Source: a virus. Taken from it: a stretch of DNA of 64,000 nt. The DNA is taken from positions 4,562 through 68,561 of the IMG/VR virus record IMGVR_UViG_3300008451_000421. The stretch is one strand, 5' to 3'. The position numbers were made by a program, and so were the translations under genes. This document shows positions 47,296 to 55,596 of the stretch, in pieces (the first letter of the stretch is position 1; every line of letters begins with the position of its first letter). A model generated the notes under the pieces. It was not told where the DNA came from and did no database searches. It saw only the letters and a program-made list of their open reading frames with translations.

Positions 47296-47697
47296 GTGGG
47301 AATGTACACTGAATTGGTTCTGTCGACTTCCGTGAAGGATGACCCTGCGGTCGTTGAAGTCATCAAATTTATGGGCAGCGACAGCCGCGCCGCCCCCTTA
47401 ACGCCGCCGGATCACCCGCTATTCGCCACCGACCGCTGGCGGTGGATGCTGCGCTCTTGCAGCCACTACTTCACGCCGATGACCGTTTTCTGCTTCGAGC
47501 GCAACGACATTGCAAAGTCTTGGTCGTTGATCGTTCGGTGCGACCTGAAAAACTACGACAACGAGATCGAAAAGTTCATCGACTGGCTGTCGCCGCACCT
47601 TGATGACCACTTCGGTCAGATGATCGGCTACAGCCGTTACGAGGAGTCTCGCGAGCCGACGATCATCTATGCGCCGGATGCAGAGGTGGCGTCGTGA
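47296..47697 (+). CDS. Hypothetical protein
   Basis: GGAGA RBS; MGMYTE..LKNYDNEIEKFIDWL conserved-looking motif. Confidence 0.7.
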   Translation: MGMYTELVLSTSVKDDPAVVEVIKFMGSDSRAAPLTPPDHPLFATDRWRWMLRSCSHYFTPMTVFCFERNDIAKSWSLIVRCDLKNYDNEIEKFIDWLSPHLDDHFGQMIGYSRYEESREPTIIYAPDAEVAS

Positions 47698-47918
47698 ACT
47701 TCTTCGCCCCGATCCCCGTCACTATCCGGCCAGGTATGACCGACGACGAGAAGCTGCTGTCGGCCTGGGCGGACGTGCCCACCGAAAAGATCCGCGACAG
47801 CGTCCCGTATGTTCGTGGGGCCGAGCCTTCAATCAAACGTTTCGACGCCAGACACCCAAAGCCGACCATCTCAGATGCCGCGCGTCGGCGCGTGGTCGAA
47901 CTGCGGAAAGGGGTGTAG
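47694..47918 (+). CDS. Hypothetical protein
   Basis: GTGA coupling. Confidence 0.5.
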   Translation: MNFFAPIPVTIRPGMTDDEKLLSAWADVPTEKIRDSVPYVRGAEPSIKRFDARHPKPTISDAARRRVVELRKGV

Positions 47919-47994
47919 AAGTTTTACAGACCCCTGAAATACCCTAGAGACTTCAGCGACCCGTTTTACACCCCAAGTTGCTGTGATCCCACGC

Positions 47995-48049
47995 AGAACG
48001 ACAGCTTCCCAAGCTGTGAACGCGGGTTCGATTCCCGCCGCCCGCTCCA
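47995..48049 (+). other. attP core: 3' portion of tRNA-Gly(CCC)
   Basis: Anticodon arm ACAGC-TTCCCAA-GCTGT, T arm GCGGG-TTCGATT-CCCGC, acceptor strand CGCCCGC-T-CCA; 5' acceptor strand absent; adjacent to the integrase. Confidence 0.9.
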
Positions 48050-48075
48050 AAATCTGCTAGATTTCCCAAACACTT

Positions 48076-48098
48076 GGCCCCGGACTCGTTCCGGGGCC
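48076..48098. terminator. Hairpin downstream of attP and integrase
   Basis: GGCCCCGGA-ctcgt-TCCGGGGCC. Confidence 0.65.
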
Positions 48099-48119
48099 GA
48101 AACGTATTTTACCGGCGTT

Positions 48120-49118
48120 TTACGCCGAACCCGCATCCAAGCGCGCGATCTTCGCCCGCAGCAGCGCGTCCCGGCGGACGTAGCGATTGATGATTCGCTC
48201 GACCTTGTCCTTCTCCCAGCCCAGGATCTCGGCGACCTCTTCGGCGCTGAATCCAGCCAGGTAGAACTTGGTCGCCGCGGTGCCGCGCGCGTCGTGGAAG
48301 TGCAGCGTCTTCTCCCCGGCCGCGATCCGCGCCTTGTTCCACGAGGATCCGAAGCCGCCCGCCCAGGGCCTGCCCTTGGTCGTGGTGAGCACGAAGACCG
48401 ATCGCTTGGGGATCGTCGCCAACAGCGCCCGCAGCTCGCTGTAGAGCGGCACGACCACGCCCCGCTTCCCGCCGCTCTTGCCGGTCTTGATCTCGATCGC
48501 GAGGTCGCCGACGTGCCCCCATTGTAGCTTGAGCAGGTCGCCCTGCCGCATCCCGGTCAGCGCGGCCAGGCGCAGGGCCAGCATGACCTCGACCGGCGAC
48601 GTGGCGGCGAACCGGCTCAGGTCTTCCTCGGTCCAGATGATCTCGGATCGGTCGGCGCTGTAGAGGTTGGAGATCCCGAAGCACGGATTCGAGCCCAGCA
48701 GACCCTCCTCCACGGCGTAGGACAGCATCGCCGAGAGCACCTGCTTGCCGTTGTCGGCCGCCCGGGGAGCGTGCGCCCACTTGCCGCGCCACCGCTTGAT
48801 CACCTTGCGGACCTCGGGCCGGTCGAACGTCTTGATGGACAGCTTGCCCAGGTCGTCACGGATGCGGTCGAGCCAGGGTGCCCAGTTCTTCCGGGTCGAG
48901 ACGGCGAGGCCGCTGTAGGCCGGGCTGCCCTTGTAGGCGGTCACCAGTCCGTTGATGCGCGAGGACTCGTCCGACTTGGCGCTGGCGGCGACCAGGGCTT
49001 CGAGGAACTCACGGGAGCCGGGCTCGCCGGGCAGGCGCGGGCCGCCGCGCCATGCGTAATAGTAGGTCCGACCCTTAGCGCGAACCTTGTGGACGCCCTT
49101 CAGTGCGACGTCGGTCAT
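48120..49118 (-). CDS. int: Tyrosine integrase
   Basis: LTGMRQGD, KTGK, LHFHDARGT, ILGW..RYV catalytic residues; N-terminal YYYAWRGGPRL. Confidence 0.93.
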   Translation of the reverse strand: MTDVALKGVHKVRAKGRTYYYAWRGGPRLPGEPGSREFLEALVAASAKSDESSRINGLVTAYKGSPAYSGLAVSTRKNWAPWLDRIRDDLGKLSIKTFDRPEVRKVIKRWRGKWAHAPRAADNGKQVLSAMLSYAVEEGLLGSNPCFGISNLYSADRSEIIWTEEDLSRFAATSPVEVMLALRLAALTGMRQGDLLKLQWGHVGDLAIEIKTGKSGGKRGVVVPLYSELRALLATIPKRSVFVLTTTKGRPWAGGFGSSWNKARIAAGEKTLHFHDARGTAATKFYLAGFSAEEVAEILGWEKDKVERIINRYVRRDALLRAKIARLDAGSA

Positions 49119-49296
49119 CTTCAAGCCACCCGGCAATCTCGTCAGTTGCGGATGCCGGCGGGGCCTCTCCAGCGGCGTATAGCGAAATTCGGCCGGTCTT
49201 GCGGTCGATGTCAATCCGGCCGATTTCAAAGCCCGCGCTGGTCGCGCCGCTCACCGCCTTCTGGACATCTCGGTCGGTGAACTTCGGCGCGCTCAT
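49075..49296 (-). CDS. Small integrase-associated protein (possible recombination directionality factor)
   Basis: FTDRDVQKAV..AGFEIGRIDID..GRI type, commonly found upstream of alphaproteobacterial integrases. Confidence 0.65.
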   Translation of the reverse strand: MSAPKFTDRDVQKAVSGATSAGFEIGRIDIDRKTGRISLYAAGEAPPASATDEIAGWLEDDRRRTEGRPQGSR

Positions 49297-49355
49297 GGTC
49301 GGGTCTCTGGGGCCTGCTGGCGACGGGCCAACTTATGCACGTCTGAATTGGAAAA

Positions 49356-49370
49356 TCAACACTAGGTTGA
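49356..49370. promoter_or_regulatory. Operator box upstream of the integrase operon
   Basis: TCAACACTAGGTTGA. Confidence 0.75.
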
Positions 49371-49372
49371 AG

Positions 49373-49882
49373 TTAACCCAGCATCCCCCGGATCTCCTCG
49401 TCGAGGGACCACTTGTCCCACAGGTTGTCGAACGGCACGCCTTTCTTTTCGGCGTAGGCCAGGCAGTTGCAGGTCCCGCCGAACGACCCGTCCCAGAGAG
49501 CGAGCATCCGGTCAGCGCGATCGACCATCCACCGGTTGCGCATCTCAAGGGCTCGGGCCGCATCGAACATATGCAGCGGGTTCCTCGGGTTGACGATTTC
49601 CACGGATTCGGCGGCCAAGATGAGCCGATTGAACCGGTCGCGAGAGGCTTGCGGCCACCGCCGGTCCTGTCCCTCAAACGCCACCGCCGCGATGAACGGG
49701 ATGCCCAGGGCCACGCACGCCGAGGCGACGGCCTGGTCCCAACCGAGCGCCATGCCGCTGATCACCTTCTCGGGGCGATTGAGGCTCAGGTGCTCGACCG
49801 CGAGCGCGCCCAGGGCCCGGCGGGTCTTCTGGTCGTATCCGCCGAGCTTGTGGGGCCGGTGGCCGGTGGCGGCGACGATCAT
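49373..49882 (-). CDS. YspA/SLOG family protein (DUF1273)
   Basis: TGHRPHKL, ISGMALGWD, RNRWMVD, WDG..GGT. Confidence 0.85.
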   Translation of the reverse strand: MIVAATGHRPHKLGGYDQKTRRALGALAVEHLSLNRPEKVISGMALGWDQAVASACVALGIPFIAAVAFEGQDRRWPQASRDRFNRLILAAESVEIVNPRNPLHMFDAARALEMRNRWMVDRADRMLALWDGSFGGTCNCLAYAEKKGVPFDNLWDKWSLDEEIRGMLG

Positions 49883-50100
49883 TTACGACCCCACGGCAAA
49901 GCGGGAAAGTCTTTGTCGCGGCGATACTCTTTCGAGCCCTCGGCTTGGTTTCCGTGGTAGTCGAGATAGACAAGCGCCTTGTCTCGGAATCGATCCGCCG
50001 ATTGCCAGTCGGGCTTCTGGGTCACGAGCATTCGGATGATCACCCAGAGCGCGTGTAGGACTGTGGACTCAAAATAAAGCCGGCGTTCGGGACCTGTCAT
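49879..50100 (-). CDS. Hypothetical protein
   Basis: Coupled gene chain. Confidence 0.5.
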   Translation of the reverse strand: MTGPERRLYFESTVLHALWVIIRMLVTQKPDWQSADRFRDKALVYLDYHGNQAEGSKEYRRDKDFPALPWGRK

Positions 50101-50411
50101 CGTGCAACCTCAATGCGTTCACCCTTGGCGATGTAGCGATCAAAACCCTTGGGCAGCCGGGCGCGGGTGTTGGAGAGTCGAGCCTTGTCGTGAGGCTTCA
50201 GGACGCCGGCCGGGAACCAGGTGTAGGCGTCGGCAATATGCCACGGGGTGACTTTGCTGACCGGCCTCCTGTGGCGCATGTCTTGCCGGTAAAGGCGACG
50301 CCACAGACGCCCGTCCTCGTCGTAGGCGAAGTCGGCTTTGTAGGCCCCCTCGCGGGCGAGTTCGGGCATCTGGTTGGCCCAGACCTGCCACTTTGCGGTG
50401 AGATCTTTCAT
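50097..50411 (-). CDS. Hypothetical protein
   Basis: Coupled gene chain. Confidence 0.55.
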   Translation of the reverse strand: MKDLTAKWQVWANQMPELAREGAYKADFAYDEDGRLWRRLYRQDMRHRRPVSKVTPWHIADAYTWFPAGVLKPHDKARLSNTRARLPKGFDRYIAKGERIEVAR

Positions 50412-50638
50412 TTGCGGTCGTGCCTTTCTCCAGCGATGTAGACCACAAGGCTGCCGTGAGGCGCGGCCTTGTAATCACCGCCCCATTGACCCTCTGGCGC
50501 GTCGTCACCCTGCAAATGGCAGGCTGTGATGCTCTGAGGCTCCTGCGCCAAGGTCAGGTCGTACTCGTATGCCGAGACGAGAACCGTCGCGGTCGGATCG
50601 CACCACTGCAGATGTTCGATCAGTTCGGCGACGGTCAT
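50408..50638 (-). CDS. Hypothetical protein
   Basis: MTVAELIEHL..DP.A.V small phage protein type. Confidence 0.6.
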   Translation of the reverse strand: MTVAELIEHLQWCDPTATVLVSAYEYDLTLAQEPQSITACHLQGDDAPEGQWGGDYKAAPHGSLVVYIAGERHDRK

Positions 50639-50808
50639 CGCGGGCCGCTCCTATCGGCGAGATCCTGGCACACCGTCACGAGCATCCGGTGCCCGTGCAG
50701 CCGGACATACAGGTCGTGCAGGAGCGCTTGTTCTTCGGGCGTCTGGGGCGGCCGGCCTTCGAGCAGGTCGAGCAGCACGGTGACGTCGGTGGTGGAGAGG
50801 ACGATCAT
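50635..50808 (-). CDS. Hypothetical protein
   Basis: Coupled gene chain. Confidence 0.45.
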   Translation of the reverse strand: MIVLSTTDVTVLLDLLEGRPPQTPEEQALLHDLYVRLHGHRMLVTVCQDLADRSGPR

Positions 50809-51122
50809 TGGCTGAACCCCTGCTCCTTGAGGAACGCGCGGGTTCGCCCCTCGATGGTGTTCGACCCAGACATTTCTGAGCGGCACATATCCCAATCGTC
50901 CAACAGCGCGAGTGCAGTTTTAAGGGCGATCTCCGTGGCGTCAGGTGGAGAGGTCGACTTTGGTGCGGCTGTGCGCATCGCTCGGTCAAGCCCGTCGAAG
51001 TGGTTGATCAGGTCCGCCAGGTCGCGGGTGCGCACGACCGTCTTGTCAGGACGCATCCCTCGGTGGCCGAGGACGGCGGTGCGCAGGCGCGCGAGGGTGT
51101 CGGCGAAAGTGCTCATACCCAC
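50805..51122 (-). CDS. Hypothetical protein
   Basis: Coupled gene chain; GGAGG RBS. Confidence 0.55.
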   Translation of the reverse strand: MGMSTFADTLARLRTAVLGHRGMRPDKTVVRTRDLADLINHFDGLDRAMRTAAPKSTSPPDATEIALKTALALLDDWDMCRSEMSGSNTIEGRTRAFLKEQGFSQ

Positions 51123-51400
51123 ACCTCCGAGATGTCGATCATGCTGTCGGGTCCGAAGTTCTCGGGCCAGTTGATCCGGTCGATGATTGCCTGGCGGCCA
51201 ATATCCACGCGCACCCGGTCGCGGACGCCGCCCATCATCGCGACGGCGGTGATGGCGAGAACATCGGGGTTCGCCGGCTGCGTCGCGGCTGTGACGACCA
51301 CTGAAACGTCAAGCGGCCAGCGGACATCAAACTCGGCAGCCAGTTCTTCGCGGATGGATCGGGCAACCACAGCCTTGCGGTCGTCGGGATGGATGCTCAT
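51113..51400 (-). CDS. Hypothetical protein
   Basis: Coupled gene chain. Confidence 0.5.
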   Translation of the reverse strand: MSIHPDDRKAVVARSIREELAAEFDVRWPLDVSVVVTAATQPANPDVLAITAVAMMGGVRDRVRVDIGRQAIIDRINWPENFGPDSMIDISEVWV

Positions 51401-51404
51401 CGAC

Positions 51405-51632
51405 TCAGAACCCATACACGTCGAAGCGGGCTTGAAGGTAATCGCCGTGAGGCAACGACCAGAGATCAAAGGGCACTTTTCCGGCCACCTCGCGACGATA
51501 AATGCGCGAGCCATCCTCCGCTTGGATGTAGTCACGTCCGCGCTTAAGCAGCCGGCCAATCAGACCGATGGGCCGCCACCACGAAGGCGGAACGTCTCTG
51601 TATTTGTGCCTTGAGGCGAAGAAAGTGCTCAT
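51405..51632 (-). CDS. Hypothetical protein
   Basis: Coupled gene chain. Confidence 0.45.
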   Translation of the reverse strand: MSTFFASRHKYRDVPPSWWRPIGLIGRLLKRGRDYIQAEDGSRIYRREVAGKVPFDLWSLPHGDYLQARFDVYGF

Positions 51633-51994
51633 GACGGCATCTCGCACGCGCTGAAGGCGTTGGACGCCTTGATTTCAAATCCACCGGCTGTGTAGCGGGC
51701 CCGGTCCGTCCGGCAGACCTCGACGAGCTTCGCGACGATTGCCTCGATGTCGCTGCCCCGGTGAACGAAGAAGCTCACGCTGCCGCAGGGATAGACGCGA
51801 CCCTGCACGAAGTGTCCGGTGCGATACGCTTCGGCGCGCTGCTCGGGCGACACCCAGTCGTCAGCATGATCGGCTAAGCCGAAGTTGAAATAATCGGCAA
51901 TCGTGTCGTGGCAGCCGGCGTGCGGGTTGACGCTCAGGCTGAACTCGAAAGCGTTCTGACGCAGGTATTCGAGGTTCTCGGCGAGGGTGCTCAT
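51629..51994 (-). CDS. Hypothetical protein
   Basis: Flanked by 14-bp direct repeats. Confidence 0.55.
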   Translation of the reverse strand: MSTLAENLEYLRQNAFEFSLSVNPHAGCHDTIADYFNFGLADHADDWVSPEQRAEAYRTGHFVQGRVYPCGSVSFFVHRGSDIEAIVAKLVEVCRTDRARYTAGGFEIKASNAFSACEMPS

Positions 51995-52206
51995 GACGGC
52001 TGCCCGCAGGCTTCGCAGAAGCGCTTCCACGCGCCGTGGTCGGCGATCTCGATCCTGGCGAGCGGCTTGTGATCCTTCTGAAGCTCGATCACGCCGCGGC
52101 CGGTGATCATGACGCCGTTGGCTTCCTGCATCAACCGGGCGAGTGCGTCGTGGGCAGTCGCCATCGGGCGGCCGGTGACGATAAAGGGGTGAGGGGTCAA
52201 GGACAT
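51991..52206 (-). CDS. Hypothetical protein, first gene of the leftward early operon
   Basis: GGAGA RBS downstream of the promoter. Confidence 0.55.
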   Translation of the reverse strand: MSLTPHPFIVTGRPMATAHDALARLMQEANGVMITGRGVIELQKDHKPLARIEIADHGAWKRFCEACGQPS

Positions 52207-52223
52207 GGGGTTCTCCGTCTTTC

Positions 52224-52276
52224 GTTGACGTGACCCTCTCACCCGACTTGTCTTATGTCAACACGGTGTTGAAATT
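52224..52276 (-). promoter_or_regulatory. Operator/promoter box (leftward)
   Basis: Minus strand reads AATTTCAACACCGTGTTGACA-N20-GGTC-ACG-TCAAC. Confidence 0.82.
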
Positions 52277-52289
52277 ATTTTGCCCCGCC

Positions 52290-53018
52290 TCACAGCCGCT
52301 CGCGGAAGCTGGTGATCCGCTTCAGGTCCGACAGGGCTGCCGTGATCTCGATCGTCCCGCCCTTACGCACGCCGGCCGCGATAGTCTCCTCGGTCAACTC
52401 GACGAACTGGAACTTCACCGAGTCCTCGTGGATCACGCCGAGTTGGAACGCGCCGTCCCACTTGGCCGGGAGCACGAACTTCCACGTCTTCGGGCCCGCG
52501 CCCTGGGCCAGGCTGACGTGGAACGCATACTGCGCGCCCTTGATGATCGCGTAGAGGTCGATGTGCTCCTTGGCCGCCCGTTTGTCGGTGCTATCCGGGA
52601 AGGCCGGGTTGCCGCCGTTCATCTGGATCACGCCCGCCAGCAGGTTCACCGCCCCGTCAGCCATGGCGTTGCGGGCGCGCTGCTCCCGGGGCTCAAGGTC
52701 CGGCGCGATGCCCAGCGACAGCCAGCCCTCGTCGACCTCGAACAACTCGGCCAGCAGCTTCAGCTTGTCCGGGCGCGGCTTCACCTCGCCGCCGAACCAC
52801 TTGCGCACGGTCTCGACGCTCACCGACTCGCCGAAGCGCTCCATCATCTGGTTCTTGACCCAGGTCAGGCGGCCACGGTTGTAGGGCGGGACCATCGGGT
52901 TGCCGTCGCCGGCCAGTTCGAGGCGCTGCCCGAACGCCTTGTCGCGGATGATCTTGACCTTGGCGACCTCGACGGGCTCGGCAGGTATGAGGGTTTTCGA
53001 CTTCTTGGCGACGGCCAC
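52290..53018 (-). CDS. XRE-family HTH repressor
   Basis: FGQRL..VSVETVRKWFGGEVKPRPDKLKLLAELFEVDEGWL; operator box upstream at 53046. Confidence 0.8.
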   Translation of the reverse strand: MAVAKKSKTLIPAEPVEVAKVKIIRDKAFGQRLELAGDGNPMVPPYNRGRLTWVKNQMMERFGESVSVETVRKWFGGEVKPRPDKLKLLAELFEVDEGWLSLGIAPDLEPREQRARNAMADGAVNLLAGVIQMNGGNPAFPDSTDKRAAKEHIDLYAIIKGAQYAFHVSLAQGAGPKTWKFVLPAKWDGAFQLGVIHEDSVKFQFVELTEETIAAGVRKGGTIEITAALSDLKRITSFRERL

Positions 53019-53045
53019 AGTGGCCCCCTGGGGTTCGAGTACGAG

Positions 53046-53090
53046 TCAACCTAGTGTTGACACGCTATGTCGAACGTGACGCCGCGTCAA
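53046..53090 (-). promoter_or_regulatory. Repressor promoter with a downstream operator
   Basis: Minus-strand TTGACG (53090-53085), 17 nt, TAGCGT; TCAACCTAGTGTTGA at 53046-53060. Confidence 0.7.
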
Positions 53091-53120
53091 CTTCGTATCT
53101 CATGCCGTCTCAACAAGCGG

Positions 53121-54629
53121 TTAATCGCCGTTGAGCACCCGGACGCGGACAGCCTGGGTGATCTGGTTCTGGGTGGCGTCCTTGGTGTTCATGACCCGGT
53201 AAACGGACTCGTCGACCGTGCCGCGGGCGAGGATGTGGTAGATGAACACGCGGTCGTTGGCCTGGCCCGGGCGCGCGAGGCGCTGGTTGAACTGCTGGTA
53301 AAGTTCGAGCGACCACGTCAGGCCGAACCAGACCTGGATGTGCCCGCCGTGTTGCAAATTCAGGCCGTGCCCGATCGACGCGGGGTGCGCCAGCCCGAGT
53401 TGGATCTTACCGTCGTTCCAGTTCCTCACGAAGTTGGGGTCGTCGTCGAACACCACGGCCTTCGGGAAACGCTTCTTGATGCGCTCCAGGTCGAATTTGA
53501 AGCTGTAGGCAACGAGGATGTTCTGGCCGGCCGACTCCTCAATGATGCGTTCGAGCGCCTCGATCTTGGCGTCGTGAACGTGTACGACCTCGCGCTCGAC
53601 CGGGTAGGTCCCCTCGATCGGCCGGTACATCGACCCGTTTGACATTTGTAAAAGCTTATTGGTCAGGACGCCCTTCGACACCGCCTCGACGTCGTAGACC
53701 TCGCTGACCAGGGTGCGCTCGAAGCGCTTGTATTCCTTCATCTGGGCCGGCGTCAGGTCGACGTAGACCTTGCTCATTACCTTGGGCGGCAGCGCGATGT
53801 AGTCCTCGGCCCGCAGGCCGATCATCACGTCCTTCAGCAGGCCCATGATCTCGGCCTCAGCGTGGGGCTTGGGCTCCATGTTCCAGCCCATGTAGTCCTT
53901 GTCGAACCAGCGGTTCTCGAACGCCCGCATCGTCGCGCCCAGGCGGTGGCCGAAGTCGAGCACGTAGGCTTGACCCCACAGGTCGTGGATGCCGTTGGGC
54001 GCTGGCGTGCCGGTCAGCAGGACGATGCGCTTGACGAACTTGCGGATCGAGCAGATCGCCCCGAACTCGGACAGTTTCGGCGGGCGTTTCTTGCCGGTCT
54101 TCGGGTCGGGCTTCTTGCTGCCGGCGCTGCGCTTTTTCCCAGCCTTGAACCGGCTGGACTCGTCCCAGACGACCATGTCGTAGGGCCACGCCTCGCCCCA
54201 GAACGCCACCAGCCAGGTGATCAGTTCGCGGTTGATGATGTGGATCCGGCTGTCGTCACGGACCTTCGCCTCGCGCTTGGCCGGGTCGCCCAGCAGCACC
54301 GTGAAGTCAAGGTCCCGGGTGTGCTCCCATACCGCGATTTCGTCTGGCCAAGTAGAGCGGGCTACTTCAAGTGGAGCTACAATAAGAACCCGCTTGATCG
54401 TGCCGTTATCAAGCAATCGCCGGACAGCCGTAAGTGTAGATGCGGACTTTCCTAATGACATTTCGACTGCCATAAGCACAGCAGGCAATTCTACTATCTT
54501 GTCGGCAATGTAGACTTGGTAAGGTCGCAACATGGACTCCGGCCGAACCTTGACGGTCGAGCCGAGAAGCTGCATCCGCAGGCTGGGCGGATGCAGTTCC
54601 AGTGCGATCCTGAGAAGGTCGTTAAGCAC
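53121..54629 (-). CDS. SNF2-family DNA helicase
   Basis: LRPYQ, MSLGKS, VWDESS, LLTGTP, HGLNLQ, QRLARPGQ. Confidence 0.92.
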   Translation of the reverse strand: MLNDLLRIALELHPPSLRMQLLGSTVKVRPESMLRPYQVYIADKIVELPAVLMAVEMSLGKSASTLTAVRRLLDNGTIKRVLIVAPLEVARSTWPDEIAVWEHTRDLDFTVLLGDPAKREAKVRDDSRIHIINRELITWLVAFWGEAWPYDMVVWDESSRFKAGKKRSAGSKKPDPKTGKKRPPKLSEFGAICSIRKFVKRIVLLTGTPAPNGIHDLWGQAYVLDFGHRLGATMRAFENRWFDKDYMGWNMEPKPHAEAEIMGLLKDVMIGLRAEDYIALPPKVMSKVYVDLTPAQMKEYKRFERTLVSEVYDVEAVSKGVLTNKLLQMSNGSMYRPIEGTYPVEREVVHVHDAKIEALERIIEESAGQNILVAYSFKFDLERIKKRFPKAVVFDDDPNFVRNWNDGKIQLGLAHPASIGHGLNLQHGGHIQVWFGLTWSLELYQQFNQRLARPGQANDRVFIYHILARGTVDESVYRVMNTKDATQNQITQAVRVRVLNGD

Positions 54630-54918
54630 GAGCGGCGATCTTGGCCTCGTATTCCGCCAGCAGCGCCACGAAGTCCTCGAAGTTGTCGATGACGTGGACC
54701 GTGAAGCCGGCAGCGGACAGTTCGCGGGCCCGGCGAACCTGGTGCCCGTCGAGATCCTTGCCGCGCTTCTTGAACTCGACGATCATCAGGACGCCGGCCT
54801 TGTAGAAGTGCCGGTCGGGGGCACCTTTCTTGCCGACGTACATCATCTTCTCGGACAGCCACCCCTGGCGGCGGGCGAGATCTACGGAGGCTTCTTCGGT
54901 AACGATTTCACGGGACAC
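54622..54918 (-). CDS. VRR-NUC nuclease
   Basis: GAPDR..IVEFKKRG..HQ...GFTVHVID. Confidence 0.85.
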   Translation of the reverse strand: MSREIVTEEASVDLARRQGWLSEKMMYVGKKGAPDRHFYKAGVLMIVEFKKRGKDLDGHQVRRARELSAAGFTVHVIDNFEDFVALLAEYEAKIAARA

Positions 54919-54944
54919 GTTGCAGTTCACCTTTCTGTTGAAGA

Positions 54945-55595
54945 TCAGTCCATGATCGCAGCGATCAGGAGCCAAGCCAGAGGATTCTGGTATCGGCCCG
55001 CATTTTGGATTTTCAGATGCGTGACGAACTTGTGTTTGCGGTATGCGCCCACCATCCGATAACCCAAAGCCTGCATCTCGGCGTTGGTCCGGGTCCTGGT
55101 CGCCTTCTTGGCCACCTGCCTACCATCGGCGTCTTCCCAACGCGGCTGCGGCTTCATCTCGCCGATGTAGGTCCAGTTTGCCGCCCGGTATATCGCCCCG
55201 GTGTGCTGCATGAACTCATCGGCGTAAGTGACGAGGGTGACGAACCGAGCGTCTGCGCGGATCAGCCTCATTCCTCGGGACATCAGAAACGATGCCGCGT
55301 TTGCCGGCACATCCGCGCGGACAGCAAGCCTGGTCAGCGACAAGACCTTCCGCCAGTCGTCACTGTTCACCGACTGAGCGGCGACCTTGGTGGGCGGAAG
55401 CCACATGGCCACGCCAAGGAGATCCTCAGACCCTCTCAAAAACAGGCCATGCACGTAGACAGCGGTGTTTGAGCATCCACCGCTGTAGTGATGATCCGAC
55501 ACGAACTTGCGAGCTTGCTGAAAGGCTTCGCCACGACTCGGCAGCAACCGAACCTCGTAATCTGCCGCCCTAAGTTTCTGCCTCTCTTGCGGCAT
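54945..55595 (-). CDS. Mom-like (GNAT-fold) DNA adenine modification protein
   Basis: FVSDHHYS, LSLTRL, NAASFLM, LVTYAD..HTGAIYRAANWTYIG. Confidence 0.75.
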   Translation of the reverse strand: MPQERQKLRAADYEVRLLPSRGEAFQQARKFVSDHHYSGGCSNTAVYVHGLFLRGSEDLLGVAMWLPPTKVAAQSVNSDDWRKVLSLTRLAVRADVPANAASFLMSRGMRLIRADARFVTLVTYADEFMQHTGAIYRAANWTYIGEMKPQPRWEDADGRQVAKKATRTRTNAEMQALGYRMVGAYRKHKFVTHLKIQNAGRYQNPLAWLLIAAIMD

Positions 55596-55596
55596 A

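Noticed and set aside
47975-48049. Complete tRNA-Gly gene
   Set aside because: The 5' acceptor strand (expected GCGGGCG) and most of the D arm are missing; it is better explained as an attP core.
18995-55430. DLLG occurrences in the endolysin (RRNDLLGP) and the Mom-like protein (SEDLLGV)
   Set aside because: They probably lie within folded domains and lack acidic runs; likely chance, so excluded from the tag count.
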